DNA of 64,000 bases, from contig OZ024743.1 in the NCBI GenBank assembly GCA_964016885.1, positions 202,244,001 to 202,308,000 on the forward strand. Direction: 5' to 3'. Shown here in pieces: positions 26,581 to 41,861 of the stretch (positions are counted from its first letter, which is position 1; each line of letters opens with the position of its first letter). Source of the stretch: Eledone cirrhosa (taxonomy: Eukaryota). Below the pieces are notes generated by a model that did no database searches, was not told the origin of the DNA, and saw only the letters and a program-made list of their open reading frames with translations. A program made the translations under genes and the position numbers.

Positions 26581-27180
26581 AGAAAGAGAAAAAGAGAGAA
26601 AGAGAGAGAGAGAGACTGGCAGACAAACAGACAAACAAACATACAAATATATAAATATATAGACAAGTAGACAAACAGATAGACAGGTGGGCAAACAGTT
26701 GGAGTGATATCCAATGATATTGCCACATTTGTTGGACCCACTGTGCAATATTTCGTAGTGAGACTAAGAGACACGTCAGACAGTTGCTTTCACAATACAA
26801 CGAAACTGAGTTAGTCTAACAAACAAAATATATTATTAGAAAGAAAGAGGGAAATAAATTGATGAAATAGTAGAGAAAATCAGTGCATGAAATGTGTGTA
26901 ATACGGTTAACAAGAGAGACACATTTGGTTGATTGATATTGTGCTATTGTTCGTAATGGTAGTTTTTGTTTGTATGTTATTTTTACATGTAAGTGAGTGG
27001 ATGTTTACTTTTCTTTATATCAGAATTGTAGTACTGCTCCACCATACTGCATATCAATTTAACTAGTCACCGATATATACGTATATGCATACATACAGAC
27101 ACTAAAATATATATACTTATATACTTGCACACATACATAGATACACACAAACATATATTTTTTCTTTCCATACCTATATA

Positions 27181-27394
<214 letters not shown>

Positions 27395-28381
27395 GTATAA
27401 GAATATATATATCTATTTCTAGCCAAACATATATATATATATATATGCATACACAGTTACATATGTGAGTCTGTGCGTATGGAGTGGGGTGGTACTTGCC
27501 ATGTTTTGTCTGTGTGCGTGTGTTTGTATATGTGTATTCGTAAATACTATCAAAACGCCAGCCTTTTCAACATATACGTAGAACCTGCCTCGGGATCACG
27601 TCCAAGGCGGAAGCGTCAGTGGAATACTTAATAACTTACCATATAATACAAGTAGGTAGTTCTATTTATCAAACAACTGGAATGCACTTCCTTCTCATTC
27701 AGAGAGGTTTTCATTATTATACGATGATGGTATGTGTGTATGTACTGCCGTATGTGTGTGCATCATTTGTAAAGGAACCTGGCATAGTAGTTAGAGCGCT
27801 TGTCACAGACACAGCCATTAAAATGAGTCGTACCTCTAATTCAAATTGCCCGTCGTGTCACGCTGAATCACCATGAGAACAAAATCATTGGTGCACTAAA
27901 TGATGGAAGTTCAGTCACTTGCAAATATATTACACGAGCAGGCTATTCCGCTGATTGAAACTACTGGGTCACCCGTCAGCAGCAACGGCGGACGAGCAAC
28001 ATCTAAAATAATTTATGAAAAGAGTCATACTTATTTGTCTATACATCTTGGTAATATAGACAGTCTAGATATCAATATTACGTATGAGCGCATTTCATTA
28101 ACTTATGATAACATTGCTATTTGCTAAGGTATCACAGTTAACACGTGGAAACTGTGAACAAGTTTCTAGTTTAGGAATTCTATATTGTTTGTTGGAACAA
28201 GCTATGGATTAGACTGCAATAATATTTTATAGACCACCAGAAAAATATGAAACAAAGTTAACGTCAGGGTAATGGGTATTGAAATATATATATATATAAT
28301 TATTTGTCTATAAATATATATAGTGTGTCTGGAACTAGGTGTTAAAAAAGCAGGAATTCAGCCGTCGAGGTCCTCACTCTT

Positions 28382-28474
<93 letters not shown>

Positions 28475-28710
28475 GTGTGTGTGTGCGTGTGTGTGCGCGT
28501 GCGTGTGGGAATGTGTAAACAAATGTATATATATATATATATATATACGTGTGGGCAGAAACGAAATATACAGCCACGCAGCCTATAATGTGGAAAGTAA
28601 ATCTATATATTTATAGTAGCAATTTCCTTTACATTCTTCTAAACGTAAACCAAGTACGTGTCTGAACGCCTACGAAATCATTTGGTTAAGAATAGATAAA
28701 TAAAATTAAT

Positions 28711-28775
<65 letters not shown>

Positions 28776-28891
28776 CTACATATATATATATACATACATA
28801 CACACATATATATGTGGATATACATATATATATATATATGTGTGTGTATATATATATAATATATATATACATACAAACACACATATATATA

Positions 28892-28961
<70 letters not shown>

Positions 28962-30294
28962 TATATGTCTGTATGTATGTAGCTGTTTTCTGATGTGACT
29001 TTTTATTTTAATTTTATTTAACTGACGAATTGTTTCGACTAGTTTCTTGCTTATTGTATTCGGTTGTTTGGTGAAGTTGTGTAGTAATGAAAACATACAC
29101 ACGCATTATATTATATGTATATATATATACATATATATATTATATAATATTTATGTATGCGTATGCTTGAGTATTTGTGTGTGTTTGCGTAAGTGGGTTA
29201 TTATTGCTCTCCATTTATTCACCACAGAAATGTTGTGGCCATTTGTTTGCCTTTTTTTTCTTCTTTTTGTTTGTAAATTTATTTTGTTTCTTTTCTTGCC
29301 TGAGTGATTATTTCTTCGTCTAGCCGACTGTGACAGAAACTACTGAAGTCAGAAATTTATCAATGATTAATATTAAAGAAAAATAAAAGAATATTCCAGA
29401 AAACTTTGCGCTTTTAGCGAGTTATTTAGATCTTAAAATATTAGACTTAGCTCTAATATCAATTACACCCATGCACATATACGCACACACGCGCACACAC
29501 ACACACATACACACACACACACAAACAAACAAACACAAACACACACACGCACACAACCATAAACATAATCTCACAAACTTGTTTTGGATCTCCAACAGTT
29601 ACGACGATGAGTATTCCATTTGTATTATGAACGACATTGCCAGTTCGTGAAATTTACGTAGAAATAGCTGAGCATTGCCTACATACCTCTTCCTTTAACG
29701 TATTTCTCAGGGAGATTCAATGTGATGCAATATGTAACAATGCTGGCCCGTTGAATCCCAGGACACAACTTGCTGTTGAATCAGATATACCACATCACGA
29801 TCGTGACTCTTAAACCTTAACTATTAAGCCACACTTATTCAAATATGCACGCGCTCAATCATTCACACCTTCATACATACGCAGACAAACAAGCACCTGC
29901 ACATACGCAGGCAAACAAACACATATAAAAACACATAATCACATACATACGCACACAGATCCACACATGCATACATGCAAACACACGCACACCCAAGCAC
30001 ACACATAATAATCTAAACGTGATGAGTCGTTAATAATATAGTGCAAAACATACAAATATGTAGAGAAAATATTTAGATACCGTTTTAATTAGTATATTGT
30101 TCCGGATTTACCCCCGGCACTACCGGATTTAGATTTGCAGAGGCCCTAAGTTATATAAAGTTTGGGTCACCTTGTTGAAAACTTACATCAGATGATTTCA
30201 CAAAGTTTAATAAAACCATATGCTGTGGATTGTGAAGACGTAAGCTGTCATTTGTTTAGCTTTGTACTAAATACATCACACTAACGTTGTCCAC

Positions 30295-30720
30295 CATCTG
30301 ATTGGCAGTAGAGCGTCGGGCAACATGCTTTGCGGCGTATAGTTATGGTTCTTTACGTTCGGAGTTCTAATCCCGCCGAGGTTAACTTCGCCTTTCTTGT
30401 TTCCGGCGTCGATAAAATAAAGTAACAGTAATACACTGGGGTCGATTTAATCGACTTTCCCCCTCCTCCAAAATTGCTGCCCTTGTTTCTAAACCAGAAC
30501 TCATTATTTTGTTGGTTTGGCGGTATCGCTAGAGCGTCGAACACATGCTTTGTGGCATAGATTCACGCTTCTTTATGTTCTGCATTCAAATCCCGCCTAG
30601 GTTAGCTTTGCCTTTCTTACGGGGTCGATAAAATAAAGTAATAGTAATGCAGTGGAGTCGATTTAATCGAGTTTCCCCTCTCCTCTAAAATTGTTGGCCT
30701 TGTGCCTAAATCAGAAACCA
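30295..30720 (+). mobile_element. Two tandem main-family SINEs
   Basis: Two aatcccgcc-aggtta-cttt-gcctttc..gtcgataaaataaagta units. Confidence 0.7.
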
Positions 30721-32266
30721 ATTTTCTTTATTATCCTGTGGATACACGGCAGTGTTGTTAAGCTACTCATTTAATGAACGATAAGGTGGTACTGTTATAG
30801 ATTATCTCATAATGTCTAATAATTTCTTTACTTTATTAAGAACTGTATGCTGTAATTTGCGGAGGATTTTGCTGCTATTCTTAACAGCACAATGACCCAC
30901 ACTTGAAAGGCATATGAACTTGCATACACTTTTTAATAACAATAAACAACTATTCTGAGGGATGGTGAGATTTGTAGAGCGGAAAAATGCCTTAATTTAT
31001 TTTGTTTCTCTGCATTACATTTTCAGTTGAAAAACTACCATGTGCTCCATTACCTTGCATGCTTCGCTAGTTGATGAAACATAACACCAGTGAAGAACTG
31101 GGTTAGATAATATTGGCAATTTCATTCAGCTTGTGTAATATTATTCCTATGCAACAACTTGAAGATATTTCAGATAGGGATGTGGAGGCCGAAATAATAT
31201 GATACCCAATTGAGGCTATTGATTTAGGAAAACAATATGTCTTGTTTACGAAATCTGGCCCCACCCCTACCCTCTATGTTTCTTTCTAGTAAACTGATAT
31301 GCTAAAAATAGCATTGAAATTCCGCTTGGATCAGGCGCTGGCCTCTTGTAATGGCAAGAATATATTGTATAACATAGTTCTAAATATAGTGTGGGGAAAT
31401 GTAGGACTTGTTACTGTTGAAAGGATATTCATCAGAGTTCCATTGGTTCTAAACAACAATAACGAGTAGGAAAGAGCCAAATGGGTAAATACTACGTAGT
31501 CATCCGACCATTGGAATTATCAGCTATATTTTTCTTAAATCACATCCATCTTGAATTTAAAATAAGAAAAGAAAGCATACACTTGACTATATACACCCCA
31601 ATAAAATTTGGCAACAAATATCTCTCTATCAGGTTTGATCTCCAGCTGGACTACAAAGAAGAAGTAACGATCATCTTGATTGAAAACAAATACGTTTAGG
31701 TTTTCTGGTAATCACGGATGGGAGTGAAGTCACATGCTTTCAATAATCGATCCATTCCATTGTTAGAATAGTCTTCCCGTGTTTCATCCGAACAATTATT
31801 ATATTAATAAACTGTTGTCTTTGATCTGCTTCATCATTATTAACTGATTTCTATACACGAATGAAAACATTCCATCAGTTATCAACAAAGTCGTTCTTAT
31901 AGTGGAAAACGAATTCACTAATAAGTTTAGATTTATTGCTCATATGTTGACAAATAGATAAAAAGATTCTTTTCTTGCACCAAGTGCATTTTTTTAAAAA
32001 TGTGCATTAAAATATTTCCAATCAATAACTGTTGAATTAAAACGCCATAACGGTTTAGACGATGAATGTTCCAGTTTTTCGATCTATGGAAGATCCTGCT
32101 TATGAAATGAGGGTGCAGGTGGCTGAGAGTTCCCCAGACATATGTATCATACGCGTAATTCCAACGATATTTGATATTTGCTCAAGACGCCCCGCAGTGG
32201 GTTCGAACCTAAGACCTAATGATTGCGATCCGAACTTCATAACAATTTGGCTATACTACGTCTATA

Positions 32267-33035
32267 TCTATATATCTAAAACAGAGAATGTCTGTATGCC
32301 TGTTTGTCTGACTCCCTAAAACTCGAGAACCACCCAACCGATTTTTTCAAACTTTACACATGTAATATATATGGTCGTGTGAGTATTTTGATCCAAAAAT
32401 ATTTCAAATTTTCAATGCCCCAGGGACCGCATTAGGCGCCGTTTTTTTTATCTCTCCATAATTCTTAGTCTGTCTTTTTAGATAGATACATAGCTACAAC
32501 GTCGTGCCCTTATAATATCTGTATGTATGTCTGGCTGTCTGCATTACGACATTATGACACTACCTGTGTGTGTGTATATGTGTATATATATAGTGTGTGT
32601 ATATATATATATGTAACGTTTTTCGAAATATTTACTTCTGTGTTCACAGATTGAATTCTTTAGTTTCAGAAGATCCCGTTAAGGGTGAAAGCAGCGATTC
32701 TTCGCTTAAACTTTCATCTGTTATTTTAATATATATATATATATAATTATATATTCGTGTACAGATATTTTTGCATACACAATAACAAAATATAAACAAA
32801 CGTATTTATTTCACGAGGCTCGACAGCAGCAAAAACAACAACAAAAAAGAGAGGGATTACATGCTTTTGAAAAATCCTAATGGAAAAATATTTGGCTATT
32901 CACCCAAGGCGACTTCAATTTTTATTAGGACTTCTGCATCAATTGGTGAACATACGACGAAACTGTTTCAGAAAGGAGGGATAAACATGCCAATCTATGT
33001 TTAGAATCCCGAGCAACGCAGGGCCATTCTGCTAG
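32267..33035 (+). mobile_element. Non-autonomous Helitron
   Basis: 5' a|TCTATATATCTAAAAC..gtctgtatg; 3' cccgagcaacgcaggg hairpin + CTAG (33032-33035)|t. Confidence 0.75.
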
Positions 33036-34624
33036 TACATAGTATTATTGCTAATTTCTAGAATGTGCTTATGTTTATCCTGAAAGGAAATATGTTAATG
33101 TGCTTACAGAAGTGTATATGCATCATTCCAATTGTATAATTTAAAAACGATGTAATTTAATGATTCTCTATCTTATATAATGTCTTTAAATACATATTTT
33201 AGAATATTTCCAGAGGTTCGTACATTAATATCTGTCTGTGTGCCGTGGACAAGGAAACATCCTGAAATTTTATGCAGATAGTTTTGCCGGAGAATAATTA
33301 GTTCAACGTTTAAAATATCAACCTAGGGATAAATAACAGGAATGTGCAATAGTGCTAGGAGTAGGAAACTGATCCGTTATAAACCTGTTTGTTTAATCGA
33401 GCCAAGCAATAGAAATAACCCGCTATTTCAGGTCAATGTGCTATTTCATTGACCATCTTTAGCTTCTGAAATTGCTGCTCTCTTCGGATTAACAAAAACC
33501 CGTAAGCAATATATTTATGCTTGGCAAATTTCTCCTGCATCCTAAATGTTATCTTTCATTAATACCACAAGGGATTTTACCACATACAATAACCCTCCTT
33601 ACAACCTGAAATTCCAGAATGCTTGAATATATGCGCGCGTGTCCATATTGACAAACATGACTAAACCTTAGATATATTGCCCTCCTACTAAACAAATTAT
33701 TTTCTTTCAACTATTTAAAATATTTTGGCATGTAACGCCTATTTCTTTTCTTGTCCTTATATCTTTCTTTCCCTGTACATTCATCTAATCTTCATTCTTA
33801 ATATTGTCATGAACATTTTCGACTATCCTCGTCACAGGGATTTACTCATAACTCCAATATTCTTGTCGCGACATGTCATACAGATTTATCTAATTTACAA
33901 ATTAAATGCTTCTTTTTGATAGACTCAATAAAAATGGTTTATATGCAGTATATAGAAGATTCCCCAGGATTATAGGCTTATCAAAACAGACAAAGCCTTA
34001 TTTATTAACTTTCTCCTACCCAGACCATTAAGATTTTTCCTTGGAGATTTAGATTTTTTTTATATAATGTTCATAGTACATAGTATTACATTTTTGTCTG
34101 GAAGTTGCTTATTACTATAAACAATCTGCCAATGTCCGTGTAGAATCGGCCGTGTATTTTTCCAGATATTGTTTCAATTGGGACAAGGACCATGGTCACA
34201 TTCCCTAACTGTCATAATATGTATAACTCAAAAGCTAAGTCGGTGTACTTCCTTAGATTTACCGCTCACATCTGCACATAGTATTCCGACATTTATTAAT
34301 AATAGCATATTTTCATTTATGACATGAAAAATAATATCAGACTTATTAAGTGGTATCATATTGTCTGCTATTAATGATAGAGTGGATGATGAAAATTGGT
34401 GGATGGAATAATAGTAACAGGTTAAATGGCGAACAGAGAGTAGTGAATAAAAATAAAACTATGAAGAGAAAGAATGTATAAATATATAATAATAATGTTA
34501 TTTATAGTTATATATACACTATATACAACTATAAATAGGAAAGGTCAGTAATTTATTAGTACCTTATTACCAGTAAGAAAAATAGCTCAATGTAAATACA
34601 TCAGATGTTTTACAGAGCAGGAAC

Positions 34625-35652
34625 ATAAATTACACAATAATCAAAATATCTTCAAATCATTTTAATGCTGACAATCGTTTCTTCCAAACTTTCGTTTTGG
34701 AATTCTCGGAGCACTAGCAAAGTTTGGACATATAATTAACTTCCTATTCAAATGAACAATCATATAGATACATGGATATTAATGTTGTCATCAACAGTTT
34801 CGTATTTACAGAGTGGAATGGATGTGACAGAGATTACAAGAGAATTGTATAATAATTAAAGAGTGGAATGCATGTGACAGATATTACAAGAGACAGAATA
34901 ATAATTAAAGCAGTATAGAGAGTGCAATGCGTTAGGCATATACAGGACAGTTAGGTAGGAAACAAGCAATGGTACTAGGCATATATAATTACTGCAAGGC
35001 AGAGGTATCACATTACATAACATAGGTTTACGAGCATATCAAGCAGGCAAAGGTGTTTGTGTATTAAAATTATGAATTTATGGTGGATGTAGTGTGATAA
35101 TCGTTTCTGTAATGTTCAAATGTGCATCTGTTGAGAGTATTATTATTATTGTTGGAAAAGATGTAAAAGATAACAATAATAATAATACTCTCAACAGATG
35201 CACATTTGAACATTACAGAAACGATTATCACACTAGATCCACCATAAATTCATAATTTTAATACACAAACACCTTTGCCTGCTTGATATGCTCGTAAACC
35301 TATGTTATGTAATGTGATACCTCTGCCATGCAGTAATTATATATGCCTAGTACCATTGCTTGTTTCCTACCTAACTGTCCTGTATATGCCTAAAGCATTT
35401 GCACTCTCTCTACTGCTCTAATTATTATTCTATTCTCTTGTAATATCTGTCACATGCATTCCACTCTGTAAATACGAAACTGTTGATGACAACATTAATA
35501 TCCATGTATCTATATGATTGTTCAGTTGAATAGGAAGTTAATTATATGTCCAAACTTTGCTAGTGCTCCGAGAATTCCAAAACGAAAGTTTGGAAGAAAC
35601 GATTGTCAGCATTAAAATGATTTGAAGATATTTTGATTATTGTGTAATTTAT
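34625..35652. mobile_element. ~1-kb fold-back element with an HHR-like motif
   Basis: Arms 34625-35153 and 35172-35652; ~50-bp tandem duplication in the left arm only; motif tagtgct-CCGAGAA-ttccaaa..tttggaa-GAAA-cgattg-TC-agcatta at 35561-35614. Confidence 0.75.
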
Positions 35653-35752
35653 ATAAATATATGTATAAGAGATATTTAATTTGTTGGAAATCCAACAAAT
35701 ATGGATGTTTACAACTGATTCAAAGCACTGGACAGTTTTTTCTGGAGTAAGT

Positions 35753-36061
35753 ATTCAATTGATATTAAATAAATGGAAACTATATTTATAAAACCATATT
35801 TATTCTATTTTGGTATGCTATCATCAGATAAAATACAAAATGTTTTATAAATATTTGACATGACCAAGGATGATATACCTTAACGGTTCAAATTATACCT
35901 GGAAAGTCATTCCAAGGATAACTTGAACCGTTAAGATATATCATCCTTAGTCATGTCAAATATTTATAAAACATTTTGTATTTTATCTGATGATAGCATA
36001 CCAAAATAGAATAAATATGGTTTTATAAATATAGTTTCCATTTATTTAATATCAATTGAAT
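35753..36061. repeat. Fold-back inverted repeat (~150-bp arms) abutting (TA)n
   Basis: Arms centred at ~35905; contains CTGATGA but no complete HHR could be assembled. Confidence 0.7.
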
Positions 36062-36086
36062 TATATATAAATATATATATATATAT

Positions 36087-36150
36087 CAGTCCAGAAATAG
36101 CTGTCGAAACGGCTTGAGCTCTGCCGTCGAAGTTCTGACTCTTTTCCTAT
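36087..36150 (+). mobile_element. Family G single arm (HHR 3' half) in (TA)n
   Basis: agtccagaaatagctgtc-GAAA-cggc..gccg-TC; ends at ttcctat like the short arms of copies 1 and 2. Confidence 0.7.
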
Positions 36151-36164
36151 ATATATATATACTG

Positions 36165-36231
<67 letters not shown>

Positions 36232-36282
36232 AGAGAAAGAGAGAGAGGGAGAACGAGAGGGAGGAAGAGGCACAGATAAACT

Positions 36283-36314
<32 letters not shown>

Positions 36315-36444
36315 GGAAAAGAGTCAGAACCTCTGTCTGTGTGTTTGGGTGCGTGTGTGACAGAGAGATTGATAGATAGATAGATAGAGAGAGAGAGCGA
36401 GAGAGAGAGAGCGAGAGAGAGAGAGATAGAGAGAGAGAGCGATA

Positions 36445-36476
<32 letters not shown>

Positions 36477-36737
36477 TGTGTCAATATACGAACTTATGAA
36501 GATTATTATGTTTGCTGTTGTTGTCATCATTCTTTGCGCGGCAGCTGTTTGTTGTAGCTAATTTATTACCTATATGTAACCAGATTTCAAACATATGTGA
36601 CACTTGCGGCTATAGACACAACAAAATACCATCATAATCAAACACGATCACAACAACAAAACAACTTTAAATATAAATCGGAATCATACAATAGTCAAAC
36701 GCTATTACGACTAATGCTGCAGCTAATGCTACTAGTA

Positions 36738-38720
36738 ATAATTTTTTCTACTTTTGGCACAAGGCCAGCAATTATCCCACAGTGTATTACTGGTACTTTA
36801 TTTTATCGACCCCAGTAAGGATGAAAGGCAAAGTTAACCTCGGCGGGATTTGAACTCTGAGTGGCAAGTGCCGTAACTCTATGCGTCAAAGCATGGCGTC
36901 CGACCCTCTACCGATACTGCCAATCCACCGCTACTAGTAATAATAATGGTTTCTCATTTAGTCACATGGCCAATAATGCCTGAGGGAGTGGAATTTTTTT
37001 AAAATCAACCCAGTGCATTACTGGTGTTTTATTTTATCGAACATTTAATAACAACATGTAAAGGTGAAATCGGCGGGATTTGAACTCAGAACGTAAAGGG
37101 CCATAATTCTATGCTACAAAGCATTTCGTCCGACGCCCTACCGATTCTGCCAATCCACAGCCCTACTACTAGTAGTAATAATTATTTCTAAATTGTAGCA
37201 CAACGCCAGCAATTACCCCAGTGCGTTACTGGTGCATTATTTTAAGGACCCCGTAGGGATGAAAGGCATAGTTAACCTGGGAGAGATTTGAACTCACAAC
37301 GTAAAGGGACATAATTCTATGCTGCAAAGCATAGTGTCGGACGCTCTGCCGATACTGCCAATCTATTTTTTTCTCATTTACGCAGAAAGCCAATAATTCG
37401 ATGAGTGGAAAGTAAAAAAACAAAATGATCACAGTGCATTACTGGTGCCTAGTATTTTTCATCGACCTCGTAAGAATTACAGGCAAATGTAACCTCGGTG
37501 GGGTTTGAATTCTAAGCGCAAAGAACCGGGACAAATACTACTAAGCATTTGTTCCACGCTCTAAGGACCCTTAGGCCCCAATACCTAAGACATTAAGGAA
37601 AATACAAAATAGGGACAGTAGAGATTTTCTTATAGACACGTAAACAGAGAAAGATTAGAAGTAACACAGTAACAAAGGAATTAATGACAACAGAATTCCA
37701 CAATGTCAGGGAATACCACTCATGAGTAATCAAGGAACCCCACGTATCCGACGTCATTCTTACAGGTGTATGCTTATAGGCGCTTCCACCCGAGTCATTC
37801 GCACTACCGCCAGTCACTATTTACCTAATATAATGGGAGCCGGTGAAGCATTTACTTCTCCACCCTCACTTTTCTTTCCAAGTGGAACTTGAAAATGTCA
37901 ATGTGGTTTTAATCGAACCGGGTTCTTTCTGACTTTTCAGCCTCGTCTACCCCTCAAATTTTTCTATATCCATACTACACAGATTTCTTTATTAACCACA
38001 AGTGCTTGCACATAGAAATCAATAAAGATTATGAATAAAAGAGTTACAGAAGATGAGGGACTAGACAAACAATATTACATAAAATGAGTTTAGTGTCAAG
38101 GACAACATGAACTGTCATTGCTCTTAGCTTCAACTTAATAATAATTGTTTCTACTTTTGGCACAAGGCCAGCAATTATCCCAGTACATTACTGGTACTTT
38201 ATTTTGTTGACCCCGTAAGGATGAAAGGCAAAGTTAATCTCAGTGGATGGCTTCTATTAAGGGCACAATGCTGGCAAATTTTGATGGGGAGGAGAAAATT
38301 GTTTAAACCAACCCCAGTATTTACCCATACTAAGTATTATTGAGCCCCGAAATTTGAAACTCAAAGAGCCGTAAATACATGCCTTAAAACATCTCTTTGA
38401 TAATGATAGTTTCTGATAGAGGCGCCACGAGAGAGGAAAATCGATTAAATCGACCTGGTGCATTACAGCTAATTAATTGTATTGACCCCGTAAGGATGAA
38501 CGGCAAATCTAACCTCGGCAGGATTTGAACTCAGTAGGTTGAAGGTCGTAACTATATGCCTCAAAGCATGCTATCCAATTCTTTACTGATTGTGCCAACC
38601 CAATAATAATATTGGTTTCTGAGTTAGGCACAAAGCCAACAATTTTGGGGGAATGGGAATGATGATTGCATTTTATCTGCCCCGAAAAGATGAAAGGCAG
38701 AATATTTTTGGTAGGTTTTG
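36738..38720 (-). mobile_element. Cluster of ~7 main-family SINE copies (with unrelated sequence at ~37565-38135)
   Basis: Repeated SINE cores at ~36740, 36950, 37180, 37430, 38140, 38440 and 38610. Confidence 0.7.
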
Positions 38721-39493
38721 AACGCAGAGCAGAAAGAACCAGAACAACTGATGTAGATGCTAGAAGGATGAGGAAGGGACAAGACATGAATGAATTACAA
38801 AGAACTGTGGTCGAAGGTGTGGTGGATATACAAATTTATGAGGGCAAAAACAGTCATAGAAAAGAACATGAATTTAAACATTGTTGTCATCATGGAGATT
38901 GGCTCCAAACCAAACAGTTAACTGGTATGTTGATTATTACTAGGATGTTTATGACAACGATGATGACGTCGACGAGGATATTGATGATGATGATGATGAT
39001 GATGATGATGACGATGATAATGATGATGATGACGAAGTGAATAAGGAATTTATGGAATATTATTTAGTGTCCGTTAACAAAGAGTGAGTGTATTATGAAA
39101 ATATGTGTGTCTGTGAGTGTGTGTGTGCGTGTGTGTGTGTCTGTGTGTGTATCGGTGTCTGTGTGTGTGCGTGTGTGTGTGTATTTGTATTTGTTTCTGT
39201 GTATTTTGTTTTGTGTGTTTGTTTGTGTGTGCGTGTGTGTGTCTGTGTGTATCTGTGTTCCTGTGTGTATCTGTGTGAGTGTGTGTGTGTGTGTGAATCC
39301 CCACAGTTTACGTGTAGATGTGTTAATTTCAACCTAGATGTGTATGTATGTATGTATGTAAGTATGTATGTATGTATATTAGTATGTATGTAAGTATGTA
39401 TGTATGAAAGTATGTATGTATGTATGTATGTATGTATATATCTATGTATATATGAATGTATGTATGTATACGTATATGTATGTATATATGTCA

Positions 39494-39607
39494 GGTCACC
39501 AGTTGGTGCTACTGGTAACATGTATTCCAGTACAACCTGTCCCATGGTCGGGTCGTTGGCGACTAAACTGGCAACCCCACCAAGGTTTCTTGGTGAGGAG
39601 GGTGACT
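39494..39607 (+). ncRNA. Twister-ribozyme-like motif at an RTE 5' end
   Basis: ggtca..TAA cat..AC-CTG-TCCC-ATG-GT-CGG..GAG-GAGGG-tgact follows the twister layout (P1, UAA, P4, T1 UCCC/GAGGG, T2 AC/GU). Confidence 0.65.
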
Positions 39608-40100
39608 TTGGACATCCTGCAGGACTAAAAACAAAACCTGTCAAAAGGCAAAGGAGCTCTTAAGAGTCAATGGCCATCCAAAATCACCGGGAGAGATGAC
39701 CCCTTAGCCTTTGTCAAGGCAGAATTCTAGGAGAAGGAAAACTCTGATATAACACCTGCAACCCTGATGGTATCCAATGATGTTGACTTGTTCTTCTTTT
39801 TGGTAAATATCATTTAGGTTAAGAGAGTGGGACTGGCTTTGTGCAGTGCCTTTGCTCACTATAAAAGCTTCACGGCACAGGCATTGCTTTATATCTGGAG
39901 ATCTCTCTGCATTTGTCGTCACATGGTACCATGGGCCCAGCACTATGTGTCAATAATTGTCACAAGTGTAGTGTTTGTACCAGAGCTTTCAAGTCGCTGG
40001 CTGGACTAAAAAGTCACACTCGTTCAGCGCATCAGTAGGGGTTCTCCTACATGGATATAAAGTAGTGGCCGTACTCGAAAACGAGTTGGCAGCCACCATG
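39494..40100 (+). mobile_element. RTE-clade LINE 5' UTR-like fragment
   Basis: taaactggcaacccc, aaaacaaaacctg and tctaggagaaggaaaactctga motifs resemble RTE 5' UTRs; right boundary approximate. Confidence 0.5.
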
Positions 40101-40531
40101 TATGTATATATGTATGTATATATCTGTCTATGTAGATATGTATGCATCAATATATGTATATATGTATGTATTTATATACATATGTACGTATGTATGCATA
40201 TATCTATGTATATATGTATGTGTGTATCTATGTATATATATTTGTATATATGCAAATGTGATTGTACATGTTTGTATACGCCTGTATGTATCACTGTGTG
40301 AGTGTGTTCGAGTCTGTTTGGTTGTGCTTCAGTATAGAAGTGCTTTTGCTTGCATGCACGTGTTTTCATGTACATGTTGCTTTGTATGTAGGTGTGCGTG
40401 AGTGCGAAAGTGTATTTTTGTGTTCGTGTGTTTGTGAAACTGTGGGTGTGGGTGTGTCAAGGTATGTGTATGATTTATATGTTTAATTGTCTGAGTATAT
40501 TATATGTCAGGGTCTCTAGGTAAGTGTGTAC

Positions 40532-40571
<40 letters not shown>

Positions 40572-40764
40572 ATGTATGTGTTATTTTGTATATTTGTATA
40601 TTTCTTTGAATTTACTTTCTCTAATTTCTGTTCGTGTGTGACGTGTTAAAATGGAAAGCTGAAAGAGACGATCCGAGGAAAGCACACACACACACACGCA
40701 TATATATATATATATATATATATATAGAAGTGGATGGATACTTCAACAGGTACAGTGTACTTAT

Positions 40765-41120
<356 letters not shown>

Positions 41121-41176
41121 TATCATCATCATCATCAACTTCGTTTAACGTCCATTTTCCACGCTAACATGGGTTA

Positions 41177-41217
<41 letters not shown>

Positions 41218-41260
41218 CTGCATATATATATATATATATATATATACATACACATGTGTG

Positions 41261-41318
<58 letters not shown>

Positions 41319-41340
41319 TGTATATATATTTATATATTCA

Positions 41341-41408
<68 letters not shown>

Positions 41409-41496
41409 ATTCTTTATATATATATATATTGTTTGTGTGTGTGTAGGTGGTGTTCTTGAAAATTCAACCATACATTTAATACATATATGTCCACGT

Positions 41497-41676
41497 GGAT
41501 TGGCAGTATCGGTAGAGGGTTTGACGCCATGCTTTCCAGCATAGTTACGTCCCTTTACGATCTGAGTTCAAATCCCGCCGAGGTTGACTTTGCCTTTCAT
41601 CCTTACGGGGTCGATAAAATAAAGTACCAGTAATGCACTGGGTAATTGCTGGCCTTGTGCCTAAAGTAGAAACAAT
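41497..41676 (+). mobile_element. Near full-length main-family SINE
   Basis: tggattggcagtatcggt..gttcaaatcccgccgagg..gtagaaacaatta. Confidence 0.8.
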
Positions 41677-41770
41677 TAATATTAACATATATTTGTATGT
41701 ACTACATGAGAAAGCATCTGACATAACTCTCTCGCCATCTATGAAAAATTTACAGCATATATATATACAT

Positions 41771-41861
<91 letters not shown>

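Noticed and set aside
32660-32705. cagaaga-tcccgttaagggt-gaaa HHR-like motif inside a Helitron
   Set aside because: The core is degenerate and no convincing stem I or III could be paired.
33050-34400. Possible decayed DNA transposase
   Set aside because: No recognisable motifs or terminal repeats could be read.
39494-39575. HDV-like ribozyme reading of the RTE 5' motif
   Set aside because: There is no room for the P1 3' strand between P3 and P4; the twister topology fits better.
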